Shown here: in pieces, positions 55,825 to 64,000 of the stretch
Layout: every line of letters starts with the position of its first letter
Position numbering within the stretch: position 1 is the first letter of the stretch
Source: Pyrinomonadaceae bacterium
GTDB taxonomy: Bacteria > Acidobacteriota > Blastocatellia > Pyrinomonadales > Pyrinomonadaceae
Length of the DNA: 64,000 bases
Direction of reading: 5' to 3'
Assembly (NCBI GenBank): GCA_041751735.1
Contig: JBGSWW010000156.1
Span: forward strand, 29,330 to 93,329
Position numbers and translations under genes: made by a program
Notes under the pieces: generated by a model
Seen by the model: the letters and a program-made list of their open reading frames with translations, nothing else
Told to the model about the DNA's origin: nothing
Databases searched by the model: none

Positions 55825-56533
55825 ACATTTGGGGACGGCGATCGGGATCCCGCGAATAAGCTCCCGGGCGGGCTTAATGCTAGCCCTGCTTGGAATGACC
55901 ATTTTGTCCGGCTGTCGTTATGACATGCAGGACCAGCCGCGTTACAGGGCATATAAGAAGAGTGATTTCTTTGCAGACGGCCGGGCTTCGCGCGAACACC
56001 CCGAAGGTACGGTTGCCCGGGGCCAGCTTTTTGATAACAAGGCCCTCTATACAGGAAAGATAGATAATCCGAATCTTAATGCGGTTAGCCAGACATCTCC
56101 GGGGCCGAACGGGACAACTCTTGTATCTACTTTTCCAAACGCGATCGATGAATTTCCCGTGGCCGTGACCAAGGAACTGATCGACCGTGGGCAGGATCGT
56201 TACAACATCTACTGCATCGTTTGTCACGGCCCCGTTGGCAAGGGCGACGGTATGATCGTCCGGCGAGGTTTCACACAGCCGCCCACTTACCACGATGATC
56301 GGCTGCGGAGTGCTCCGGTAGGTCACTTCTTCGATGTTATTACGAACGGATGGGGCAAAATGAATAGTTATGCTTACCAGGTTAGTCCTGCGGACCGTTG
56401 GGCGATCGTGGCATATATTCGTGCCTTGCAGGTAAGCCAGAATCCGGACCAAAATCTGAAAATGAACCAGAATCCAGGGTCGAGCATCGCACCGGCCGGT
56501 GCCCCGTCTGACGCACATGGAGGGGATCGATAA
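55811..56533 (+). CDS. actE: alternative complex III subunit ActE (monohaem cytochrome c lipoprotein)
   Basis: Start at ATG 55811, overlapping the actD end. Lipobox TILSGC. Haem motif CIVCHGPVG. Confidence 0.85.
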   Translation: MLRNKHLGTAIGIPRISSRAGLMLALLGMTILSGCRYDMQDQPRYRAYKKSDFFADGRASREHPEGTVARGQLFDNKALYTGKIDNPNLNAVSQTSPGPNGTTLVSTFPNAIDEFPVAVTKELIDRGQDRYNIYCIVCHGPVGKGDGMIVRRGFTQPPTYHDDRLRSAPVGHFFDVITNGWGKMNSYAYQVSPADRWAIVAYIRALQVSQNPDQNLKMNQNPGSSIAPAGAPSDAHGGDR

Positions 56534-57754
56534 ATGGCGAACGTCGACAGTTATCAAGTCCCGGCTGAGATCAACAGACTTAGGCCGCTGGCTCTTGGAA
56601 TAGGAGGTATCGCCCTTATTGTTTGGGCTGTCGGGGCCTATTTCAATACAGAGCAGGCATTGCGGTCGTGGCTATTAGGGTTTATTTTCTGGGGCGGTAT
56701 CGGGATCGGCTCGCTTGGCGTGCTGATGCTTCAATATCTTACGGGCGGAGCCTGGGGAGTTGTTATCCGCCGTTTTGTTGAGGCCGGCTCACGCACCTTG
56801 CCGCTGATATTTTTAATGTTCATTCCGCTGGCTATCGGGGTTTACACGCACAGTTTTTATGAATGGACCCATGCACCGGCGACCGCACATATAATAAAGG
56901 AAAGAGGGATCTACCTCCTTCCCTGGGCCTGGATCGTCAGATCGCTTATTTATTTTGCCATTTTCGGCATAATGGTCTATCTGCTGAATTCATGGTCGGC
57001 TAAACAGGACCAGACGACAAATGTCGAAGATTCACGTCTGCTTCTTGAGAAAGCATCGAGGTTTTCGGGCCCGACCATGGTCATCTATGCACTGGTAGTT
57101 ACTTTTGCAGTGGTCGATTGGGTCATGACTTTAGATCCCCACTGGTTCTCGACGATGTGGGGATTGCTTTTTGTCGCCGGCTGGGCATTGAGCTGCTTTT
57201 GTTTCGTTGTGGCGATCCTGGCTTACTTATCCGACAAGTCGCCAATGAACGCCGTTCTTGGAAAACGCCATTTCCACGATCTTGGTAAATTAATGCTGGC
57301 ACTTGTAATGGTGTGGGCGTACTTTAATTTTTCTCAGTTCCTGATCATCTGGTCGGGGAACCTGCCGGAAGAAACGACCTGGTACATCGCCCGTATGAAA
57401 GGCGGGTGGGGCTACATCGGCATCGCTCTGATCGTTTTCCACTTCGCGTTTCCCTTCCTGGTGCTTCTCCAACAGGATTTTAAGCGTAAGGCAAAATGGC
57501 TAGCTTCGCTTGCGGTGTTTATTCTGTTTATGAGGCTCGTGGACATGTTCTACCTTATTGGGCCGACGCACCGCGTGGCCGCGGGCGGCATGGAGCAGGG
57601 GGCTTTTTACATTAGCTGGATGGATATTGTTGCCCCGATTGCGATCGGCGGCATCTGGCTGTGGTGGTATTTTGGTGAACTGGCAAAACGGCCGATCGTG
57701 CCCGCCAGGGACCCGTATTTTGAAGAAGCCGTGGCCCACGGCCACGGACATTAA
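56534..57754 (+). CDS. actF: alternative complex III subunit ActF (NrfD-like membrane subunit)
   Basis: 406 aa polytopic membrane protein immediately after actE. Confidence 0.85.
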   Translation: MANVDSYQVPAEINRLRPLALGIGGIALIVWAVGAYFNTEQALRSWLLGFIFWGGIGIGSLGVLMLQYLTGGAWGVVIRRFVEAGSRTLPLIFLMFIPLAIGVYTHSFYEWTHAPATAHIIKERGIYLLPWAWIVRSLIYFAIFGIMVYLLNSWSAKQDQTTNVEDSRLLLEKASRFSGPTMVIYALVVTFAVVDWVMTLDPHWFSTMWGLLFVAGWALSCFCFVVAILAYLSDKSPMNAVLGKRHFHDLGKLMLALVMVWAYFNFSQFLIIWSGNLPEETTWYIARMKGGWGYIGIALIVFHFAFPFLVLLQQDFKRKAKWLASLAVFILFMRLVDMFYLIGPTHRVAAGGMEQGAFYISWMDIVAPIAIGGIWLWWYFGELAKRPIVPARDPYFEEAVAHGHGH

Positions 57755-57763
57755 CGAGAGAAT

Positions 57764-58303
57764 ATGTCGTCAAAGAAAAGCGCAGGGACAATCAGCGACC
57801 TCAACAAGCCGTATGAAGAAAATGAGATCGGCCTGAAAGGGATCCTATGGTTTGGCGTGGGCCTTTTTCTTCTGATCGTGATCACGTTCGGGTTGATGTG
57901 GGCGCTTCTCAACGTTTTGAAAGACTATCAACGCGAAACAGCAGGTCCTGTAAATCCGCTTGCCATGAATGAGCAAGAACGCCTGCCGCCCGAGCCCAGG
58001 CTTCAGTTGGCTCCAGGTTTCGGTGTTGAGGCCGAAAAAGGACGTGTGAATCTCGAACTATTGCCCCCCCAGGCGGAATATCGGGAACTACATAAACAGT
58101 GGGAACAGCTTTGGGTAGGTGGATCGAAAGATGCTAAGACCGGAACGGTCATTTCGCTCCCGATCGAGGAGGCAAAGAATAGATTTCTGAGTCAGGGGGT
58201 AAAGGCCCGGACGGGTGCTGACGCCGAGGCCGCTTATGACAAAGCCCGAACGATGATATCTGAATCAAGTTCGGGGAGGGTCGCGTCGGAAAAGATCCGT
58301 TGA
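57764..58303 (+). CDS. single-TM protein of unknown function inside the ACIII-oxidase cluster
   Basis: 179 aa. One TM (ILWFGVGLFLLIVITFGLMWALL) and a soluble C-terminal part. Tightly packed between actF and the SCO gene. Confidence 0.65.
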   Translation: MSSKKSAGTISDLNKPYEENEIGLKGILWFGVGLFLLIVITFGLMWALLNVLKDYQRETAGPVNPLAMNEQERLPPEPRLQLAPGFGVEAEKGRVNLELLPPQAEYRELHKQWEQLWVGGSKDAKTGTVISLPIEEAKNRFLSQGVKARTGADAEAAYDKARTMISESSSGRVASEKIR

Positions 58304-59223
58304 GAAACATGATCGCTAGGAGAAATAAAAGATCTGCTGCGGTATTGCTGTTCGTTACAGCGTTAGTTATCGCTGTGTTCGGCGGCTACGGTTTCGCGCA
58401 GAAAAGCGAGCATTATAACTCTCCGCTCTATTCTCCCAGGAAGTACGACCCGACGGTGTCGGAGGCAAATGGAATCCCGGACGCCCTGAAGAAGATCGGT
58501 ATAGAACAAAAGCTTGGGTCTCAGCTGCCTCTTGATACCGAGCTTAAGGATGAGAACGGAAAGATCGTAAGGCTCGGCGATTATTTTACCGCCGGGCGAC
58601 CAGTGATCGTGGCGTTCGTGTATTACGAATGCCCGATGCTTTGCAACCAGGTGCTGAACGGCTTGACTGGTTCGTTAAAAGGCATTTCATTTAATGCCGG
58701 AACCGAATTCGAGGTCGTGGCTATTAGTTTTGATTCGCGAGAGTTTGATTCGACCGAGGTAGCAAGGAACAAGAAACTCGGGTACATGGAGCGATACGGA
58801 CGTCCGGGAACGGAGAAAGGCTGGCATTTCCTAACGGGCAGACAGGAATCGATAGATAAAGTCACCTCTGCGGCTGGGTTTACCTATCAATGGGACGCTA
58901 AGACAAACCAGTTCGCACACGCGGCAGCGGTAATGGTCGCGACGCCTGACGGCAAGCTGTCCAGATACCATTATGGCATCGATTATGCTCCGCGAGACTT
59001 GAAATTCAGCCTGATGGAGTCAGGCCAGAGTCGCGTTGGGAACGCCGCCGAGCAGTTACTGCTCTATTGCTATCACTACGATCCGGCCTCCGGACGCTAC
59101 GGGCTTGCCATTCTAAACGTGATGCGTCTCGGCGGCATCGCCACCCTTATTGGAATGGGGCTGATGGCATTTGTTTTTTGGCGAAGAAATAAAAATCGAG
59201 ATCAATTGGCAGATGAGGGTTGA
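58300..59223 (+). CDS. SCO1/SenC-family copper chaperone
   Basis: N-terminal anchor. Thioredoxin-fold CxxxC motif YECPMLCNQ with a downstream His region. C-terminal TM. Confidence 0.88.
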   Translation: MRNMIARRNKRSAAVLLFVTALVIAVFGGYGFAQKSEHYNSPLYSPRKYDPTVSEANGIPDALKKIGIEQKLGSQLPLDTELKDENGKIVRLGDYFTAGRPVIVAFVYYECPMLCNQVLNGLTGSLKGISFNAGTEFEVVAISFDSREFDSTEVARNKKLGYMERYGRPGTEKGWHFLTGRQESIDKVTSAAGFTYQWDAKTNQFAHAAAVMVATPDGKLSRYHYGIDYAPRDLKFSLMESGQSRVGNAAEQLLLYCYHYDPASGRYGLAILNVMRLGGIATLIGMGLMAFVFWRRNKNRDQLADEG

Positions 59224-59255
59224 TGCCTCGCTTCGAAGTTTAGCGTCAGCCTAAT

Positions 59256-60359
59256 TTGAATATGCAGACTACATCGTGGGTACCATTACTTCCTGAACAG
59301 GCCTCGACCTTTGCGTGGCAGGTTGATCTCCTGTATTTCTACCTGATCGCGGTCAGCGTTGCGTTCTCGATACCGATCGTACTGGCGATATTCTATTTTG
59401 CGATCAGGTATCGTGAAACGGAAAAGTACGCGACCCCGGACGAAATGCATGGATCGATGGTGCTCGAAACGGTATGGTCCATTATTCCCTTCGTCATCTC
59501 AATGACCATTTTTCTCGGTGGAGCCGTCGTGTATTTTAACCAATATACGCCCCCCGACGACGCGATGGATATTTTTATTGTGGGTAAACAGTGGATGTGG
59601 AAAGCCCAGCATCAGACCGGTCAACGCGAGATCAATGAACTCCACGTGCCCGTCGGCCGAAAGATAAAACTCACGATGACGACTGAAGACGTCCTGCATG
59701 ACTTCTCCATACCCGCCTTCAGGACAAAGATGGACGTGGTTCCCGGCCGTTATACTTATATGTGGTTCGAGCCGACAAAGCCGGGTAAATATCATCTATT
59801 CTGCGCTGAATACTGCGGACTGAACCATTCAGGAATGGGTGGTTATGTTTACGTAATGGAGCAGCGGGATTTTGATAACTGGCTGAGCGGAAGCGTTGCC
59901 GGCCAGACGCCGGTCGAGGAAGGCCGCGATCTGTTCACAAACAAGTTGGGATGTGCCTCTTGCCATTCCGGCGGGGCCAATCAGCGTGGAGCAGTGCTTG
60001 AGGGCATTTATGGGCACGAAGTAAAGCTGGCTACCGGCGAAACAGTGACTGCCGACGAGCAGTATATCCGTAATTCGATACTGAATCCCGGAGCCCAGAT
60101 AGTAGCGGGATATCAGCCGATCATGCCCACCTTCAAGGGGCAGGTCACCGAAGAGCAGCTTAATTCACTGATCGCTTATATCAAATCACTAACCCCCGGA
60201 GCCGCGACAAGCCCGGGAGGCGGGGGGATGGCCGCGCCGGGGGCCAACCAGGCTCCAACATCGAATACGCAGAACCCGCTGTCTGCCCCGAAGGCTAACC
60301 GCGGGCAACAGGACGCTCTGGGCAGCAACCCGAATTCCCCGTCTAACAGCAGCAGGTAG
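59256..60359 (+). CDS. ctaC: caa3-type cytochrome c oxidase subunit II with fused cytochrome c domain
   Basis: Two TM helices. CuA motif H...CAEYCGLNHSGM. C-terminal haem motif CASCHS. The ATG at 59262 is an alternative start. Confidence 0.93.
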   Translation: MNMQTTSWVPLLPEQASTFAWQVDLLYFYLIAVSVAFSIPIVLAIFYFAIRYRETEKYATPDEMHGSMVLETVWSIIPFVISMTIFLGGAVVYFNQYTPPDDAMDIFIVGKQWMWKAQHQTGQREINELHVPVGRKIKLTMTTEDVLHDFSIPAFRTKMDVVPGRYTYMWFEPTKPGKYHLFCAEYCGLNHSGMGGYVYVMEQRDFDNWLSGSVAGQTPVEEGRDLFTNKLGCASCHSGGANQRGAVLEGIYGHEVKLATGETVTADEQYIRNSILNPGAQIVAGYQPIMPTFKGQVTEEQLNSLIAYIKSLTPGAATSPGGGGMAAPGANQAPTSNTQNPLSAPKANRGQQDALGSNPNSPSNSSR

Positions 60360-60374
60360 GGTGTAGTAAAGATT

Positions 60375-62045
60375 ATGCAAACCCAAGATTCAATATCAGG
60401 TTACGGCGGAGAGCCAAAGCTTAATTATCTTACAAATGGCTCCACGCTAAAGTCGTGGCTGCTGACAAAAGATCATAAGCGGATCGCGATCATGTATTTG
60501 ATCACCGTTTCGATGTTTTTCCTGATGGGCGGTTTGTATGCCGCAACGATCCGGCTTGAGCTATTGACACCGTCGAGCGACCTGCTCGAATCCGCAACCT
60601 ATAACAAGGTCTTTACCCAACACGGTATCCTGATGATCTTTTTCTTCCTGATACCGTCGATCCCGGCCATACTCGGGAACTTTCTGATCCCGATCATGAT
60701 CGGGGCGAAAGACCTCGCTCTGCCTCGAATAAACCTACTAAGTCTATATATTTATTGGGTCGGCGGACTTTTGACCCTCTACGGCCTGATGCAGGGCGGC
60801 GTCGACACGGGATGGACGTTCTATACGCCATATAGCACGACTTTTTCTAATTCATATGTGATGGCCGTTGGGCTCGGCATTTTTATTAACGGTTTTTCAT
60901 CGATCCTGACGGGCCTTAACTTCATCGTCACGATCCACACAATGAGGGCACCGGGAATGACCTGGTTCAGGCTTCCGCTGTTCGTGTGGGCCCATTATGC
61001 GGTCAGCTTGGTCATGATCCTTGGCACTCCGGTGATTGCGATCACGGTCCTGCTTCTGGCATTGGAGCGGGTCGCAAGGGTCGGTATTTTTGATCCCGCA
61101 ATAGGCGGCGATCCGATCCTGTTTCAGCATCTTTTCTGGTTCTATTCGCACCCTGCTGTTTACATTATGATCCTCCCGGGCATGGGTGTGATCAGCGAAC
61201 TTATATCGAATTTCTCCAGGAAAAAGATCTTCGGCTATGAATTTATTGCTTTCTCAAGCATTGCGATCGCCGTATTCGGTTTCCTTGTGTGGGGCCACCA
61301 CATGTTCGTCAGCGGCCAGTCGATGTACGCCGGAATGGTGTTCTCTTTCCTGACAATGGTCGTCGCCGTACCGTCCGCGATCAAGATGTTTAACTGGACG
61401 GCGACCATGTATAAGGGTTCGGTCTCGTTAGATACGCCGATGCTTTATGCGATCGGATTCATGGGGCTGTTTCTTATCGGCGGGCTGACGGGGCTTTTCC
61501 TTGGATCGATGGGACTCGTTGTCCATTTGACCGACACGTATTTTGTGGTTGCTCACTTTCATTACGTGATGGTGGGCGGGCAGGTGATCGCTTATTTAGG
61601 CGGGATACACTACTGGTGGCCGAAAATGACGGGCCGTATGTATTCCGAATTCTGGGGCAAAATATCGGCGATGCTCGTCTTTATAGGCTTTAACCTGACA
61701 TTCTTCCCGCAGTTCATATTGGGCTACCAGGGAATGCCGCGACGTTACGCGTCGTATCCGGAAGAGTTTCAGGTGCTTAATATCTTCTCGACAGCCGGAG
61801 CGTCCGTGCTAGGGGTCGGGCTGCTGATGCCGGCAGTTTATCTCGTCCACTCGCTTTTATTCGGCAAGAAAGCCGGCGACAACCCCTGGATGCTGCCGGG
61901 GCTGGAATGGCGAACAAGCTCGCCGCCGCCGACAGAGAATTTTGAAAAGATGCCGGTCGTGACCTGGGAAGCTTACGAGTTTGGAGAAGAAAGCGGCCTC
62001 GACCTGGATGAAGCCAGACGACGTGACGCCTCCGTAGTGGTGTAA
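60375..62045 (+). CDS. ctaD: cytochrome c oxidase subunit I
   Basis: 556 aa with 12 TM helices. Conserved [26 protein letters not shown]. Confidence 0.97.
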   Translation: MQTQDSISGYGGEPKLNYLTNGSTLKSWLLTKDHKRIAIMYLITVSMFFLMGGLYAATIRLELLTPSSDLLESATYNKVFTQHGILMIFFFLIPSIPAILGNFLIPIMIGAKDLALPRINLLSLYIYWVGGLLTLYGLMQGGVDTGWTFYTPYSTTFSNSYVMAVGLGIFINGFSSILTGLNFIVTIHTMRAPGMTWFRLPLFVWAHYAVSLVMILGTPVIAITVLLLALERVARVGIFDPAIGGDPILFQHLFWFYSHPAVYIMILPGMGVISELISNFSRKKIFGYEFIAFSSIAIAVFGFLVWGHHMFVSGQSMYAGMVFSFLTMVVAVPSAIKMFNWTATMYKGSVSLDTPMLYAIGFMGLFLIGGLTGLFLGSMGLVVHLTDTYFVVAHFHYVMVGGQVIAYLGGIHYWWPKMTGRMYSEFWGKISAMLVFIGFNLTFFPQFILGYQGMPRRYASYPEEFQVLNIFSTAGASVLGVGLLMPAVYLVHSLLFGKKAGDNPWMLPGLEWRTSSPPPTENFEKMPVVTWEAYEFGEESGLDLDEARRRDASVVV

Positions 62046-62072
62046 TACGAGTTAAAGGTTTGATTAACAATA

Positions 62073-62957
62073 ATGTCGACACACGCTGATTCACACGAAC
62101 ATCATCACCCTCCGGGCCTGCAGCACCAGTTTGAAGACATGGGGCAGCAGGAAGAGAGCGTCTCGATCGGGATGTGGATGTTCCTCGTGCAGGAGATAAT
62201 GTTCTTCGGGGGCTTGTTTACGGCGTACCTGGTCTTTCGATCAAGGTACCCGATGGCGTTTGCTGCCGGCAGTAACCATTTGGATGCTTTCTGGGGCGGG
62301 CTTAACACTATCGTACTTATCGTCAGCAGTCTGACGATGGCCCTGACGGTTTACTATGCCCAGAAGGGTAACCGGCAGCTTCAGGTGATATTGATCATTC
62401 TGACGATGTTTTTCGGTGCGGTCTTCCTGGGTGTGAAAGCGATCGAATATACCGGGAAGTACAACGACGGCCTCGTTCCGGTCACCGGCTTGAACAAGAA
62501 GGTAAAGGCAGCTCCTGGCGAGCATGCCGAGACTGATACCAAGCCCTGTTGGGAGGTTACCCATGGTGGAGATGAGGAGCACCATTACGTAAATCCCAAA
62601 GGCGAGTTTCTGTGGACCGACTGTTCTCTGGTGAAGCTTGCCCAGGATCATAATTATCTTACCCAGGCCGAAAGGATAGGCTATTTTTCCAACGGCGAGA
62701 TCGACGTCAATAAATTTCGAGATAAGGTCCGAATGTTCTACTGGATATATTTCGTTATGACGGGCCTTCACGCTCTGCACATGGTGATCGGCCTGGGGCT
62801 GATGGCCTGGCTGTTATATAAAGCCTGGCGGAATACATTTAGCGCGGAGTACTATATGCCGGTTGAGATGTCAGGCCTTTACTGGCACTTTGTCGACATT
62901 GTCTGGATATTCCTGTTCCCGCTGCTTTATTTGCTGGGAAGGCATTTCATGCATTAG
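62073..62957 (+). CDS. ctaE: cytochrome c oxidase subunit III (with enlarged soluble loop)
   Basis: [16 protein letters not shown], ...[15 protein letters not shown]..., [17 protein letters not shown]. Confidence 0.88.
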   Translation: MSTHADSHEHHHPPGLQHQFEDMGQQEESVSIGMWMFLVQEIMFFGGLFTAYLVFRSRYPMAFAAGSNHLDAFWGGLNTIVLIVSSLTMALTVYYAQKGNRQLQVILIILTMFFGAVFLGVKAIEYTGKYNDGLVPVTGLNKKVKAAPGEHAETDTKPCWEVTHGGDEEHHYVNPKGEFLWTDCSLVKLAQDHNYLTQAERIGYFSNGEIDVNKFRDKVRMFYWIYFVMTGLHALHMVIGLGLMAWLLYKAWRNTFSAEYYMPVEMSGLYWHFVDIVWIFLFPLLYLLGRHFMH

Positions 62958-62967
62958 GAGTTTTATA

Positions 62968-63303
62968 ATGGCGGACCATCATGATCATATAGAGGAACCT
63001 AACGAGCATATCGGGATACCGGGATATCTCGGTGTATTCGCGGTACTCATCGTCGGGACGATCCTGACATACTACGCTGCGACGATCGATCTCGATTGGG
63101 TCTTTGCAGGGGCGAACACCCTCGTTGCATTGCTGATCGCATTTACAAAGATGGCATGTGTGATGCTTTTCTTTATGCATGTTCGGTGGAGCCCGAGGTT
63201 GATCTGGCTGTCGGCCGTCGCGAGCTTTTTCTGGATGGCGATTATGTTCGCTTATACTATGCAAGACTATCTGACGCGGCCCTCCGGCGCTTTCGGATAT
63301 TAA
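62968..63303 (+). CDS. prokaryotic cytochrome c oxidase subunit IV family protein
   Basis: ATG at 62968 behind AGGAG. 111 aa with three TM helices. Position after subunit III. Confidence 0.8.
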   Translation: MADHHDHIEEPNEHIGIPGYLGVFAVLIVGTILTYYAATIDLDWVFAGANTLVALLIAFTKMACVMLFFMHVRWSPRLIWLSAVASFFWMAIMFAYTMQDYLTRPSGAFGY

Positions 63304-63323
63304 TCTAGTCGTTCATATAATTT

Positions 63324-63366
63324 ACACGCGGGACGAAGACCTGATCAGTCTATTCCGCGTGTTTTC
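63324..63366 (+). terminator. hairpin terminator after the oxidase genes
   Basis: ACACGCGG ... CCGCGTGT 8-bp stem with a 23-nt loop, followed by TTTT. Confidence 0.55.
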
Positions 63367-63481
63367 ATAATTAGGAATATCGACATTTGACGTGGTAGTA
63401 TTTTCGATTTAACGGGCGACCGAGGCCCTGCATAGCCCGTATAATTGCAACTTGACCGTTTGCCGCTACATCAGACCACGA

Positions 63482-64000
63482 ATGGAGTTTCTTACCGATA
63501 GTTATTTCCGAAAAAAGGCGTTTTTGCTTGTGGCAGCAGCCTTTTTTGCCATGGGCTGCAACATCGTTAAGAAAGAAAGTAAGACGCCTGTTTTGCTAAA
63601 AGCCGATGTTACCGATCAGGCTCATCTGATGAAAGAGGTGAACCGGTTTGCATCCGTAGGCTCAATGCGCGCGAAGATGGATCTTCGTTTCGAAGACAAC
63701 TCGTTTGCGGAGTTCGGAAATAAGGAAGTTTATAGGAGCGCCGACGGAGAGGTCGTCGTACAGCGGCCCGGAATGATTCTTCTGAAGGTCCAGGTCCCGG
63801 TCTTCAAGACCGATGTTGCCCAAATGACATCCGACGGCACCACATTCCGTGTGGCGATCCTGAATGACGGTGGTTCGGGTAAGTTCAAGAAGTTTGTGAA
63901 AGGGACCAATGATGCTGACTATTCCCGACTGCAGCAGAACTTAAGCGCGGCCACCGACTCGAATGGAAAAGCGGTTAAAGAGAACGTCAACGCTTTCGCG
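63482..64000 (+). CDS. 5' part of a lipoprotein gene running off the right edge (LolA/LolB-like fold possible)
   Basis: ATG at 63482 and open to the window end. Lipobox AAFFAMGC. Confidence 0.55.
   Translation, partial: MEFLTDSYFRKKAFLLVAAAFFAMGCNIVKKESKTPVLLKADVTDQAHLMKEVNRFASVGSMRAKMDLRFEDNSFAEFGNKEVYRSADGEVVVQRPGMILLKVQVPVFKTDVAQMTSDGTTFRVAILNDGGSGKFKKFVKGTNDADYSRLQQNLSAATDSNGKAVKENVNAFA

Noticed and set aside
1-64000. Search for tRNA, rRNA, tmRNA, RNase P RNA, transposases, integrases, phage genes and toxin-antitoxin pairs
   Set aside because: Reading the intergenic regions and the ORF translations showed none: no cloverleaf-like sequences, no GAAAGTCCGGGC-type RNase P core, no DDE or tyrosine-recombinase motifs. 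A covariance-model scan would be needed to exclude small RNAs.

Overview
This 64 kb window reads as ordinary chromosomal DNA, about 53-57% GC by eye. Its gene content points to an Acidobacteriota-type organism. That is an inference from three features: a VWFA-related 'acidobacterial' secreted protein, CadC-like/TolB-propeller regulators, and an ACIII-caa3 respiratory supercluster. I call about 57 protein-coding genes. I saw no rRNA, tRNA, CRISPR array, transposase or integrase.

Recognisable housekeeping genes are trmL, mfd, lysS, nadB, aroK-aroA, era, prmA and rnhA. The right-hand 14 kb (49.7-63.3 kb) is one co-directional respiratory cluster: actABCDEF (alternative complex III), an unknown single-TM gene, an SCO copper chaperone, and caa3-type cytochrome oxidase subunits II, I, III and IV. 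Other modules are:
- an ECF sigma / membrane PDZ protein pair
- a BlaI/BlaR1-like pair
- an RsbW/STAS pair
- BON/LysM envelope proteins
- a block of signal-peptide proteins of unknown function (7.7-10.5 kb)

The observations most worth a second look:
1. A roughly 300-400 nt non-coding element occurs twice, 40 kb apart (4759-5160 and 44999-45338). Box order and spacing are conserved, and each copy ends in 19-bp tandem repeats. One array lies beside a ToxR/CadC-like regulator gene.
2. lysS contains a sharply low-GC, in-frame patch (about 34% versus about 55%) that encodes an expanded insertion domain.
3. prmA is interrupted by a single in-frame TAG.
4. The extracytoplasmic domain of the BlaR1-like M56 sensor looks like a catalytically dead NodB-type deacetylase. 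Its repressor gene has twin TACGAA-N4-TTCGTA operators.
5. An SbcC/Rad50-like ATPase has no SbcD partner and is followed directly by RNase HI.

No convincing new multi-gene system such as a defence island is visible. All protein family calls come from motif reading by eye. No database search was run, and start codons are best guesses.
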